DNA of 64,000 nucleotides, taken from positions 68 to 64,067 of the forward strand of contig JACQQA010000005.1 of the NCBI GenBank assembly GCA_016207245.1, given 5' to 3'. Shown one piece after another: positions 28,786 to 38,355 of this stretch. A model generated the notes under the pieces. The model was not told where the DNA came from. It did no database searches and saw nothing but the letters and a program-made list of their open reading frames with translations. Within the stretch, counting starts at the first letter, position 1, and the number at the start of each line of letters is the position of its first letter. Source of the DNA: Candidatus Magasanikiibacteriota bacterium. GTDB lineage: Bacteria > Patescibacteriota > Patescibacteriia > Magasanikbacterales > UBA922. The position numbers and the translations under genes were made by a program.

Positions 28786-29388
28786 TTACTTTTGATTTAC
28801 CACCACTTTATCCACGATGCCGTATTTTACCGCTTCTTCGGCAGTGAGGAAGAAGTCGCGGTCAGCGTCTTTTTCCACGGTCGCCATATCTTTGCCGGTG
28901 TGGGTAACAATGATGTGATTAAGGCGGTCTTTTAGTTTTAAGATTCTTTCGGCGTGGATTTTTATGTCGCTGGCTTGTCCCTGCGTTCCGCCCATCACCT
29001 GGTGAATCATCACTTCGCTGTTTGGCAAACAGAATCGTTTGCCCTTTACGCCGGCAGTTAACAATACACAAGCCATGCTGGCGGCCATACCGATGCAAAT
29101 GGTGGAAACATCCGGTCTGATGTATTGCATCGTATCATAAATCGCCAATCCCGAGGTTACTGATCCGCCCGGAGAATTGATATACAATTTAATATCTTTG
29201 CTCGGGTCTTGATTTTCCAAGAAGAGCATCTGCGCAATCACAGTATTGGCAACGCCGTCATCAATTTCACTGCCAAGAAAAATTATCCTGTCTTTCAACA
29301 GGCGCGAATAAATATCATAAGCCCGTTCGCCGTAGGATGTCTTCTCAATTACTGTGGGGATTAAATGTTGGGATTTGACGTTAGACAT
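28786..29388 (-). CDS. clpP: ATP-dependent Clp protease proteolytic subunit
   Basis: 200 aa. [19 protein letters not shown], active-site GMAASMA, and MIHQ. Confidence 0.95.
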   Translation of the reverse strand: MSNVKSQHLIPTVIEKTSYGERAYDIYSRLLKDRIIFLGSEIDDGVANTVIAQMLFLENQDPSKDIKLYINSPGGSVTSGLAIYDTMQYIRPDVSTICIGMAASMACVLLTAGVKGKRFCLPNSEVMIHQVMGGTQGQASDIKIHAERILKLKDRLNHIIVTHTGKDMATVEKDADRDFFLTAEEAVKYGIVDKVVVNQK

Positions 29389-29415
29389 ATTTAATATTTA
29401 GTATCAAGTATTATT

Positions 29416-30402
29416 TTATACCGTTCCGTTGTTTTTTTCAATAGCCGCCCAAATTTTCTCCAACGCTTCGTTAATTTCACCAGCGATTAAAAACCCCGAT
29501 GCTTTTTTGTGCCCGCCTCCGCCGAGAGTTGAGGCGATTAAAGAAACATCAAAATCATCGCGCGTAGTGCGGAAACTGCCTTTGATTTTTCCATCCCAAG
29601 TTTCTTTTAAAACCAGAGACGCGCGGCCTTCGTTAATGTTATTCAAAAAATTGGCAATGCCTTCGCTCTCGGTTTCGCTGGCGTTGTGCGTTTTCAAATC
29701 TTCAAGCGTAATAAAAGTATAGACAATATCAAGTTTTTCGTTTTTTGCTAAACGCGACAGGGCCACACCCCAGAGTTTCAGCGCTTCCATCGGTTTGTCG
29801 CGCAAAAACCAATTTTTAATCAGATTAAAATTGGCGCCATGGCGGATGAGTTCGCTGGCGACTTTCAGCGAGTGTTCGGTGGTGCCGGGATTGGAAAAAT
29901 TTTCCGTGTCAGTAATCAGGCCGGTCAAAAGCGCGAGCGCCATATTTTTACTGATCCCAATATTATTCTGGCGGAAGAAAAAATGCAAAACCTCGGCGGT
30001 TGAAGAGGCGGTCGGAATAACCAAATTATGATGGCCGAATTTTTTGTTGCTGATGTGGTGGTCAATATTTATAATAATTGTTCGCGGCGGCAAGTTTTTC
30101 GCCAGCGCCTCAACTCCGGCGTAATTCAAATCTCCGGAATCTAACACAATCACTACGTCGTATTCAGCCGTGTTCCAGATGTTTGGATCGGTTGAGATTT
30201 TAATCAGGTGCGGAAGATTAGCGAGGCGAGAGGTAATTGGGGTTAAACAAAAAGCGTCGTGCGGCTTGCCGATATTCCGCAGAAAATGCGAAAATGCCGA
30301 AACCGAGCCCATGGCATCGCCATCCGGCTTTTGGTGCGGCACGAGAAGAATTTTCTTCGCGTTCAAGATTTCATTGTGGATTTGTTTGGCGATTCGGTGC
30401 AT
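29416..30402 (-). CDS. nrnA: DHH-family phosphoesterase (NrnA-type oligoribonuclease/pAp phosphatase)
   Basis: 328 aa. Motifs HQKPDGDAMGS, VLDSGD, NIDHHISN and the DHHA1 GGGGH. Confidence 0.85.
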   Translation of the reverse strand: MHRIAKQIHNEILNAKKILLVPHQKPDGDAMGSVSAFSHFLRNIGKPHDAFCLTPITSRLANLPHLIKISTDPNIWNTAEYDVVIVLDSGDLNYAGVEALAKNLPPRTIIINIDHHISNKKFGHHNLVIPTASSTAEVLHFFFRQNNIGISKNMALALLTGLITDTENFSNPGTTEHSLKVASELIRHGANFNLIKNWFLRDKPMEALKLWGVALSRLAKNEKLDIVYTFITLEDLKTHNASETESEGIANFLNNINEGRASLVLKETWDGKIKGSFRTTRDDFDVSLIASTLGGGGHKKASGFLIAGEINEALEKIWAAIEKNNGTV

Positions 30403-30537
30403 AAAGGCGTGGCGACGGCGTAGGGCGCAAGACTTAGGATGTGGAATTTTTATAAAACCGACGGTTGATTGTATTATATTTATAATAAAGTGTCAAGGCC
30501 CGCCTGCCATGCGTTGCCGCAGGCATTGCGGAAGGGC

Positions 30538-30566
30538 TTGACAAAACCGTTGAAAGGCGATATAAT
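30538..30566 (+). promoter_or_regulatory. perfect consensus sigma70 promoter (TTGACA-17-TATAAT)
   Basis: TTGACA at 30538-30543, a 17-nt spacer, TATAAT at 30561-30566. It drives an ORF-poor region. Confidence 0.75.
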
Positions 30567-30683
30567 TAATTGTTATTTATTGATATAATTTTAGCATAGT
30601 TTAGCTAAAACCACCCGATAGCAAGTTATTAAGATAATTTTTTGTCGGGCGGTTTGATGCATTTCGCATCTTTGGAGGTCGCC

Positions 30684-30764
30684 ATGATCACATTTTTGGG
30701 GTTCGTTCTTGCTGCTATTCTTATCTGTGTCTCTCTCGCGTTCCTCTACACTCTCGGCTTCTAA
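30684..30764 (+). CDS. candidate 26-aa hydrophobic peptide (MITFLGFVLAAILICVSLAFLYTLGF)
   Basis: ATG preceded by GGAGG at a 5-nt spacing, one of very few Shine-Dalgarno sites in the window. The peptide is a single TM-length hydrophobic stretch. Below the ORF-track size cutoff. Confidence 0.35.
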   Translation: MITFLGFVLAAILICVSLAFLYTLGF

Positions 30765-30885
30765 TCAGGCAGCACGCCACATCGTTCTTTCTTCTCGGGG
30801 ACAGCTGCCGTCCCCCCATCAATTATCTTTTTCATCATTATAATGGAGGCGATTGAGATGGGTAGCGGGGTTTTACTTCTATAAG

Positions 30886-30918
30886 AAAAGTTGTATAATG
30901 GATACAACTTTTTGTTTT
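30886..30918 (+). terminator. rho-independent terminator closing the small transcription unit
   Basis: AAAAGUUGUAU-AAUGG-AUACAACUUUU followed by UGUUUU. Confidence 0.65.
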
Positions 30919-31013
30919 ATATGTCCATTGAGTTTTCATGGTTCAAAATTATCAAGGCGTCTGATCGTTAGACAGGTATTTTAGTGCCCGCTAACTAATA
31001 TGGTCTCAAACCA

Positions 31014-31095
31014 GTCCCGTAGGGACGATAGATAGTAGCCAGGCCTTTTAAGGCCTGGGAACAGTTCATCACCAAAACAATAGCCCCGTAGGGGC
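31014..31095. repeat. cluster of REP-like GC hairpins
   Basis: gtcccgtagggac (31014-31026), ccaggccttttaaggcctgg (31039-31058) and gccccgtaggggc (31083-31095), immediately upstream of the transposase fragment. Confidence 0.65.
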
Positions 31096-31104
31096 GGCAC
31101 TGGT

Positions 31105-31308
31105 ATGTCTAACACCTGTTCCAACCTATTATTTCACGCAGTCTTCAGCACCAAAGAAAGAGTAAAATTATTATCCAAAGAATTAAGGAATCGGCTTTTC
31201 CCATATATATCAGGTATTGCCAATAAAAAAGTGCCTGGCTATTATCTGCCGCCCCCGTCGGGGCTCAAGAGTGTATTATTTAGATATTTTACTGGACACA
31301 AAAAGTGA
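31105..31308 (+). pseudogene. truncated IS200/RAYT-type (Y1) transposase fragment
   Basis: The first ~40 codons (LLFHAVFSTKERVKLLSKELRNRLFPYISGIANKK) match the N-terminus of REP-associated tyrosine transposases. The rest is replaced by another GC hairpin (gcccccgtcggggc), and the catalytic HUH/Tyr regions are missing. Confidence 0.6.
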
Positions 31309-31315
31309 TTAATCT

Positions 31316-34300
31316 ATGTTTCTAAAATCCATCGAACTTCATGGTTTCAAGTCCTTTGCCCAGAAGGCGATTTTGGATTTTGTGGCGCCTAAAGACGGGA
31401 AAAACAGTATTACCGGAATTGTTGGACCGAACGGGAGCGGGAAGAGCAATATCGCGGACGCGATCCGCTGGGTGATGGGAGAGCAGAGCATGAAAACTTT
31501 GCGCGGGAAAAAAGGCGAGGATATTATTTTTGGCGGTTCGGACGTCAAAGGCCAGATGGGCATGGCAAGCGTTACCATGATTTTGGACAACAGCGACCAC
31601 CGCGCGCCGATTGATTACGATGAATTGGCTGTAACCCGCCGTTATTATCGTTCCGGCGAGAGCGAATATTTAATCAATGGCAACGCGGTGCGGCTGTTGG
31701 ATTTACAAATTCTCTTGGCTCAAGCTCAATTCGGACAAGGCGCTTACAGCGTTATCGGGCAGGGAATGATTGACCACTTGCTTTTGCACACGCCGCCGGA
31801 ACGAAAAGCGTTTTTTGACGAGGCGGCTGGAATTAAAGAATTTCAGATCAAACGACATCAAGCAATTTTGAAATTATCGCGCACCAAAGAAAATATCACG
31901 CAGGCGGAAATGCTGTTAACAGAAGTTGAACCGCGATTGCGGACATTGTCGCGTCAAGTGAAAAGATTGGAACGGCGGCAGGAAGTGGAAGTGGAATTGC
32001 GCGAGACGCAGGAACAATATTTTTTTACTTTATTTTCGCACAACCATGAACAATTGTCAGTATTAAACGCCGAATTGATTAAAATTGAAGAGGAATATAA
32101 TATTGCGCGTGATCATCTGCAAACTTTACAAAATGAATTGGCGGCTTTAGCCAAAGAAGGTTCGCGGCAAGAACAATTTGTTGTCTTGCAAAATGAATAT
32201 CAAGATTTATCGCGGCAAAAAAATCAACTTGAACGGGAACGCGCGATATTGCAAGGAAAATTACAGACGGAATATTCTAAGGTCGGGAAACAAAATATCG
32301 GTTGGCTGGAAAATAAAATTGAAACATTAAAAACGGTGGTGGATAAAGCAACGCGCGAATTAAAAACAGCGGAATCGACGGTGGAGGAAACCAGCGCGGA
32401 AATTTTAGCCAAAAAACAACAGATGGATAAATTGTTGGTTGAAAAAACTGAGGCAAATGGCCAACTGGCAAATTATGAGCAAAGTTTAACGCAATTAAAA
32501 GGCGAACAATCATATTGGCAATACGCCGGATTAAAAGCCGTGCAAGCGGTGTTGGAAGAACGGCACCGATTGGGCGCGATTTACGGCACGGTGGCGCAAT
32601 TGGGCGAGGTGGATGAGAAATATCGTTTGGCTTTGGATGTGGCGGCGGCCTCGCATTTGTCATCGGTTGTCGTGGATAGCGATCGCACGGCGCAGGCTTG
32701 CATTGAATATCTGCGCCAGCACCAGTTGGGGGTGGCGACGTTTTTGCCATTGAACAAAATCAAATCGCGTTTAGTCGCGAATGATATTCAAGATTTAACC
32801 AACCACGACGGCGTGTTTGGTTTAGCATCCGAGCTCGTATCTTTTGACAGCCGGTTCGCGGATATTTTTTCTTACGCGTTAGGCAACACTCTTATTGTGC
32901 GCGATTTGGAAATCGCGCGAGAAATCGGTATCGGTCGGATTCGCATGGTAACTTTGGCCGGCGATATTTTGGAAACCAGCGGCAGTATGAAAGGCGGTTA
33001 CCGGCAGGCGGAAAAGCGCCGCGGGCTTGGTTTTTCACAGGGAAGCTCGCCATATCTTTTGCAAAATAATATTTTGGACAGCGAGGAAAAAATGACTGAA
33101 TTGCAAAATCGTTTAACGCAAATTGAAACTGATTTGGCGCAAGCGCAGGCCGAGCTCACCACTTGCCAATCCGGCGCGCAGGTTGCAACCAGCCGAGTGG
33201 ATATTTTAGGTACGGCTAAACAGGAAACCGATCGGGAGCTGGCCATGTTGGAACAAGAGCTGTCGCTTTGCGCCATGAGTCCGGAGGAATTCAACGCCAG
33301 TTTGAAGACAATCGCGAATCAAAAAGAAGAATCAGATCAATCAATTGTTGGTTTAGACAAAAAATTAGAGTTAATTCAAAAAAAGATTGCCGCGTTTAAT
33401 AATGAAGAAGAAAAAAAGAAACAACGGATTTTTTCTTTGCAAGACGCGATGCAGGGCAAACAAGAAAAAGTCAATAAGATTATTGAAGCTAAAAATTTGA
33501 AAAAAATAGAAGCCGCCAAATTAGACACCAAGTTGGAGGACTTGACCAATGAGATTTATCAAGAAATTCAAACTACGCCGGATTCTTTGCGCGAGCGCGG
33601 GATTCAAATTTTATTGCCGCGAGATTTGGAAGAGGCGCAGGTTAAGATTCAAAAATTAAAATACCAGCTGAGTTTAATCGGCGGCATTGACGAAGAAGTC
33701 GCGGGGGAGTATAAAGAAACAAAGGAAAAATACGAACACCTAACCGCGCAATTGGCTGATTTGAGTAAAGCTTTTGCGGATTTGGAGCAAATGGTTGTTG
33801 AGCTTGATGAGTTGATGAAAAAAAAGCGCGGGAAAGCGTTTAAAGAAATTCAGAAAGAATTCGCGCGCTATTTTGCCATGTTGTTTGAAGGCGGAAAAGC
33901 CGAATTGGTTGAGTTGTATGGGGAGGAAGCATCCGCGGATATTGCCGAGACGCAGATAGACGCGGAGCTGGTTAATCAGGTTAATGGTGAAAGCGCGGGC
34001 GAGGAATTGGTAAATAAAAAGAAGAAACAGATTTTATTAGGCATAGATATTGTTGCTTGTCCGCCCGGGAAAAAGATTAAAAATATCCACGCTTTATCCG
34101 GTGGGGAGCGCACCATGACATCAATCGCTTTGGTCTGCGCGATTTTGCACACCAATCCATCGCCGTTTGTCGTTTTAGATGAGGTGGAAGCGGCGTTGGA
34201 TGAAACCAATACCATGCGTCTAAACCGCATTTTGCATGAATTATCTTACAAATCACAATTTATTTTAATTACCCACAATCGCGCCACCATGCACGCGGCC

Positions 34301-34387
34301 GACGCTCTCTATGGCGTAACTATGGGCGAGAGCGGTGTCAGCCAGCTGGTGAGCGTTAAACTTAATGACGCGGTAAAAGCATTATGA
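31316..34387 (+). CDS. smc: chromosome segregation protein SMC
   Basis: 1023 aa. Walker A GPNGSGKSN, long coiled coils, a hinge, signature LSGGE, and Walker B VLDEVEAALD. Confidence 0.93.
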   Translation: MFLKSIELHGFKSFAQKAILDFVAPKDGKNSITGIVGPNGSGKSNIADAIRWVMGEQSMKTLRGKKGEDIIFGGSDVKGQMGMASVTMILDNSDHRAPIDYDELAVTRRYYRSGESEYLINGNAVRLLDLQILLAQAQFGQGAYSVIGQGMIDHLLLHTPPERKAFFDEAAGIKEFQIKRHQAILKLSRTKENITQAEMLLTEVEPRLRTLSRQVKRLERRQEVEVELRETQEQYFFTLFSHNHEQLSVLNAELIKIEEEYNIARDHLQTLQNELAALAKEGSRQEQFVVLQNEYQDLSRQKNQLERERAILQGKLQTEYSKVGKQNIGWLENKIETLKTVVDKATRELKTAESTVEETSAEILAKKQQMDKLLVEKTEANGQLANYEQSLTQLKGEQSYWQYAGLKAVQAVLEERHRLGAIYGTVAQLGEVDEKYRLALDVAAASHLSSVVVDSDRTAQACIEYLRQHQLGVATFLPLNKIKSRLVANDIQDLTNHDGVFGLASELVSFDSRFADIFSYALGNTLIVRDLEIAREIGIGRIRMVTLAGDILETSGSMKGGYRQAEKRRGLGFSQGSSPYLLQNNILDSEEKMTELQNRLTQIETDLAQAQAELTTCQSGAQVATSRVDILGTAKQETDRELAMLEQELSLCAMSPEEFNASLKTIANQKEESDQSIVGLDKKLELIQKKIAAFNNEEEKKKQRIFSLQDAMQGKQEKVNKIIEAKNLKKIEAAKLDTKLEDLTNEIYQEIQTTPDSLRERGIQILLPRDLEEAQVKIQKLKYQLSLIGGIDEEVAGEYKETKEKYEHLTAQLADLSKAFADLEQMVVELDELMKKKRGKAFKEIQKEFARYFAMLFEGGKAELVELYGEEASADIAETQIDAELVNQVNGESAGEELVNKKKKQILLGIDIVACPPGKKIKNIHALSGGERTMTSIALVCAILHTNPSPFVVLDEVEAALDETNTMRLNRILHELSYKSQFILITHNRATMHAADALYGVTMGESGVSQLVSVKLNDAVKAL

Positions 34388-35076
34388 ACGGGATAATTTT
34401 ATGCGGAGGGCTTTCTACTCGTTTGGGAGATATTACCAAAAACACGCCAAAAATTTTGCTGGAAATAGGCGGCAAGACGGTTTTGGATTGGCAATTGGAA
34501 AAACTAAAATCAATTGGCGTTAAAGAGGTTGTTTTAGCGGCCGGGCACTTGGCCGGAGTTTTAAAAGATACCGTTAGTTTTTTTCGCTTAGGTTTGGAAT
34601 TGATTTACGCGATTGAAGACAAACGATTAGGAACCGGCGGCGCGATTAAGCACGGGCTTGATTATGTAGAAAAGCCAAACGAGCCGACAATAATTTTGAA
34701 TGGCGATGTTTTGACCACGGTTGATTTGGCGGATATGGTGTCGCGTTTGCCGGAAAATGGCGAGGGAATAATTTTAGGCGCGTATGTTGATGATGTCGCG
34801 AGCTATGGCACTTTGGTTTACGATGAAAATTATCATTTGCGGGAATTTAAAGAAAAAGAAGGCATCCACCAGCCCGGCTATCAAAATGGCGGGGTTTATA
34901 TTTTTAATCCGCAAGTAAAAAAGTATTTTCCGAATCGCGAAGAATTTAGCGTTGAGTATGATGTGTTTCCCAATATGAAAAATTTGTATGTTTACAAATC
35001 CGATCGACCGTGGATTGATATCGGCGTGCCGGAGAGACTGGAGTGGGCGAGAGAGAATTGGCGAATATTTAAGTGA
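34384..35076 (+). CDS. sugar-1-phosphate nucleotidylyltransferase family protein
   Basis: 230 aa. N-terminal ILCGGLSTRLGDITKNTPKILLEIGGK motif. Overlaps the smc stop by 4 nt. Confidence 0.75.
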   Translation: MNGIILCGGLSTRLGDITKNTPKILLEIGGKTVLDWQLEKLKSIGVKEVVLAAGHLAGVLKDTVSFFRLGLELIYAIEDKRLGTGGAIKHGLDYVEKPNEPTIILNGDVLTTVDLADMVSRLPENGEGIILGAYVDDVASYGTLVYDENYHLREFKEKEGIHQPGYQNGGVYIFNPQVKKYFPNREEFSVEYDVFPNMKNLYVYKSDRPWIDIGVPERLEWARENWRIFK

Positions 35077-35124
35077 AAGATATTAACGAAATATTAAAAA
35101 GATATTAAAAAAATATTAACGATT

Positions 35125-35997
35125 ATGACAAAAACAGAAGGATCGCGCGGTCAAGATCCATCACGCGTTATTGCTCCGCCCGATGCCCAAAAAGAGGGGG
35201 AGATTTTTGATAGATTTGATTTCGGTTCGGCGCAGATTAAAGGGCCGAGCAAACATGAACAGCAAGATTACTGCACTGTAGCGTTTCCGATGGAAGGAGA
35301 CTGGTGGGCGGCGGTGGTGGCTGACGGGGCAAGTTGGGCGGAACACGCGGCAGAAGCGTCCAATCTTGCCGGCACGAGTTTTGTGGAGAAAGTGCGGCGA
35401 CGGGCGGAACGCGGCGAAGAAATAAACTCGGCCACGATAAAGATGTTTCTGCAGACGATTAATGTTGAACTATTGGCGAAATCACGCGCGAATGAAAGAG
35501 TGGCCATTGAGAGGGCGAATGCGAAAAAGTTGGTGGGTCAGGAAAGAGACAGAGAAATAGGCCGCGCTATTGATAGGCCAACCACTTTTGAAGGCATGGT
35601 ATTTAACGGCGATAAGATAATAACCGCGCATTTGGGAGACTCCAGGATTTATGTGTTGCGCGCCGGCGTTTTATCCCAGCTTACGCGCGATCAGACCAGA
35701 GCCGAGCAGTTGCGTTCTCGAGGTCAACCGGTGAAAAATGCGCGCGATGAAAGCGTCCTAATCAACTATCTTGGTTATGAAGAAGCGGATGTTTCCGTCC
35801 AGCAATATTCTGTTGAGAAAGGCGACGTGTGGCTCGCAGTGTCCGATGGCGTCTTTAAGGTACTTGATGACAAGGAGATCGAAGTAATTTTAAGCCAGCA
35901 AAAAGACGCTGTTTCGCTTGCCAACGAACTTATCGCGGCGGTTCAGGTAAAAGGCGCGTTTGACGACGCCAGCGCGGTGGTTGTGAAAATAAAGTAA
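35125..35997 (+). CDS. PP2C-family Ser/Thr protein phosphatase
   Basis: 290 aa. VVADGAS, AHLGDSRIYVLR, LTRDQT, VSDGVFKVL and DDASAVVVKI. Confidence 0.8.
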   Translation: MTKTEGSRGQDPSRVIAPPDAQKEGEIFDRFDFGSAQIKGPSKHEQQDYCTVAFPMEGDWWAAVVADGASWAEHAAEASNLAGTSFVEKVRRRAERGEEINSATIKMFLQTINVELLAKSRANERVAIERANAKKLVGQERDREIGRAIDRPTTFEGMVFNGDKIITAHLGDSRIYVLRAGVLSQLTRDQTRAEQLRSRGQPVKNARDESVLINYLGYEEADVSVQQYSVEKGDVWLAVSDGVFKVLDDKEIEVILSQQKDAVSLANELIAAVQVKGAFDDASAVVVKIK

Positions 35998-36052
35998 AAA
36001 ATTGATCATTTAGCAAGTAGTAAATAGTAATTAGTGGACGAAACGAGTTGTT

Positions 36053-37111
36053 ATGCGGAAATATTTTTTGCTGCTATCTGCATTCTGTATTCTGTCATTC
36101 GTCTGGTTTTTGTATTCCGAAATCTACACTGCCGAGGCGCAGAAGATTGATAGGTTGACATTTGAAGTTAAATCCGGCGAGAGCGTCGGGCAGTTAGCCG
36201 AGAGATTGGAAAGTGAGCGAGTAATCGGAAGCGCATGGCTGTTTAAAAAATATTTACGCTGGAAAAATTTGGATACGAAGATAAACATCGGCGAGTTTGA
36301 ATTAGTCGCGCCGATTACTCTGGCGCGAGTGGCCGATGTTTTGTCTCGGCCCGGGCTGAACGAGAGAGAGATTACAATTATTCCCGGCTGGACGATTCGC
36401 GACACCGCGCAATATTTTGAATCCAAAGGCATGTTTCAAGCCGAAGAGCTAACCGAATTAGTCGGCTTGCCGGCAGTGAGTTATAAAAATTGGAAAGAAG
36501 GCATACCCAAGTTAAATGTATATCCTTCGGCTTCGCTCAGGACAGGTCTGGAAATTTTGAAAGACAAACCGTGGTATGTCAGTTACGAAGGATATTTGGC
36601 GCCGGAAACTTACCGGATTTATAAAAACGCGAAACTGCAAGATATCGTTTTAAAATTAATCCAACAGCGCGAGTCGGAGATTACCGACGAGATGTGGCAG
36701 GAAATGGAAAAACAGCAGAAAAGTTTTTATGATATTTTAATCATGGCCAGCATTTTGGAACGCGAAGTAAAGTCAGAACAAGACAAACGTTTAGTCGCGG
36801 ATATTTTCTGGCGCCGGTATAAAAAAAACTGGGCTTTGCAGACGGATTCCACCGTACATTACGCGGTGAATAAAAGCGGGGAAATTTTTACCACTCCTGA
36901 AGACCGCGACAGTATTTCGCCGTGGAATACTTACAAATATCCCGGCTTGCCTCCCAGCCCGATTTCCAATCCGTCATTAGTGTCAATCAAGGCCGCGCTT
37001 TATCCGGAGAAAAATGATTATTGGTACTTTTTGACGACATCAGAGGGGGAAGTTAGATATGCGAGGACACTTGAAGAACACAACAAAAACAAAATTTATG
37101 TTAGCCAGTGA
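36053..37111 (+). CDS. mltG: endolytic murein transglycosylase MltG (YceG family)
   Basis: 352 aa. N-terminal TM helix, then YceG blocks ASILEREV, NTYKYPGLPPSPISNP and YFLT. Contains an in-frame ccttcggc..gctcaggacagg word at 36524-36548. Confidence 0.88.
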   Translation: MRKYFLLLSAFCILSFVWFLYSEIYTAEAQKIDRLTFEVKSGESVGQLAERLESERVIGSAWLFKKYLRWKNLDTKINIGEFELVAPITLARVADVLSRPGLNEREITIIPGWTIRDTAQYFESKGMFQAEELTELVGLPAVSYKNWKEGIPKLNVYPSASLRTGLEILKDKPWYVSYEGYLAPETYRIYKNAKLQDIVLKLIQQRESEITDEMWQEMEKQQKSFYDILIMASILEREVKSEQDKRLVADIFWRRYKKNWALQTDSTVHYAVNKSGEIFTTPEDRDSISPWNTYKYPGLPPSPISNPSLVSIKAALYPEKNDYWYFLTTSEGEVRYARTLEEHNKNKIYVSQ

Positions 37112-38348
37112 TTTTGATTACAATTTACCTTCCGAATTAATCGCGCAGACTCCGGCAAGTCCGCGCGATTCTTCGCGGTTGATGATTGTTGATAGAAAGA
37201 CCCTTCGGCAAGCTCAGGGTAAAGTAGAACACAAAATTTTTCATGACATTGCCGGTTATATTAAAAAGGGCGATTTGATTGTTTGGAACAATTCCAAAGT
37301 TTTTAAAGCCAGATTATTTGGCAAGCTAACTGACTTAAATAACAATGAATTGTTTGAACATAAAAAACCGATTGAAATATTTTTAATCAGACCAATGGAA
37401 AATGAAGGGGTGTGGAAAGTTTTGGCCAAGCCCGGCAAACATGTTAAGCCCGGCATGCGCGTGCGATTCGCGACGGATTTTTATTGTGACGTTGTTGTAA
37501 AAGAACCGAGCGGAGAGATTTTGGTTCAGTTTCCCCATTCGGCAAGCTCACTTCGTGGTGACTCAGTGGAACCAGGGCAAGCTACCAACGCGGAGACAGT
37601 GCGAGAAAAAGCGAATAAATACGGCCATATTCCGGTGCCGCCGTATATTAAAGACGAACCGCACGAATTAGAATCATATCAAACCGTTTACGCCAGACAC
37701 GAGGGCTCGGTCGCGGCGCCGACGGCCGGATTTCATTTTACGCCGGAGTTAATTCAGAAATTAAAAAACAAAGGCGTGGAGTTTGCCGAAATAACTTTGC
37801 ATGTCGGGCTTGGCACTTTTTTACCGGTCAAATCCGAACGGGTGGAAGATCACACTATGCATAGCGAGTGGGTGGAGTTGAGCGAGGGAAACGCGGAGAA
37901 GATTAATTTGGCGAAGAAAGAGGGGAGAAGAGTGGTGGCGGTGGGGACGACGACGGTGAGAACGTTGGAAGGCGTGGCCTTGTTTAAAGGGTTCTCCCCC
38001 TGCGAAGGGGGAGACAGAGGGGGTATTTTTCTCGCGCCTTGCGAACACCCCCCTTGTTCCCCCCTTCGTAGGGGGGAGACCCACGTATCACCATATAAAG
38101 GAGATATCAATCTCTTCATCACTCCCGGATTTGAATTTAAAATCGTTGACGCGATGATTACGAATTTTCATTTGCCGAAGTCAACCTTGCTGATGCTGGT
38201 TTCCGCCTTCGCCTCGTCGAAGCTCGGCTACGGCGTGACGCAGTCCGCGTTTGCGGGAGACAGGAAGTTTATGCTAGAATGTTATCAGAAAGCAGTGAAA
38301 GAAAAATATCGGTTTTATAGTTTTGGGGACGCGATGTTAATTAAGTAG
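37098..38348 (+). CDS. queA: S-adenosylmethionine:tRNA ribosyltransferase-isomerase QueA
   Basis: FDYNLPSELIAQTPASPRDSSRLM, AAPTAGFHFT, VGTTTVRTLE, ITNFHLPKSTLLMLVSAF and YRFYSFGDAMLI. ATG at 37098. Several in-frame repeat inserts. Confidence 0.92.
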   Translation: MLASDFDYNLPSELIAQTPASPRDSSRLMIVDRKTLRQAQGKVEHKIFHDIAGYIKKGDLIVWNNSKVFKARLFGKLTDLNNNELFEHKKPIEIFLIRPMENEGVWKVLAKPGKHVKPGMRVRFATDFYCDVVVKEPSGEILVQFPHSASSLRGDSVEPGQATNAETVREKANKYGHIPVPPYIKDEPHELESYQTVYARHEGSVAAPTAGFHFTPELIQKLKNKGVEFAEITLHVGLGTFLPVKSERVEDHTMHSEWVELSEGNAEKINLAKKEGRRVVAVGTTTVRTLEGVALFKGFSPCEGGDRGGIFLAPCEHPPCSPLRRGETHVSPYKGDINLFITPGFEFKIVDAMITNFHLPKSTLLMLVSAFASSKLGYGVTQSAFAGDRKFMLECYQKAVKEKYRFYSFGDAMLIK

Positions 38349-38355
38349 ATATTAT

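Noticed and set aside
31105-31308. Functional IS200/IS605-type transposase
   Set aside because: Only the N-terminal ~40 residues are recognisable. The HUH and catalytic Tyr regions are missing, and the frame degenerates into hairpin sequence.
37990-38085. Inteins or self-splicing introns as an explanation for the in-frame inserts
   Set aside because: The inserts are only 15-100 nt and lack intein blocks (no Cys/Ser...His-Asn-Cys junctions) and intron cores. They match dispersed palindromic repeats instead.
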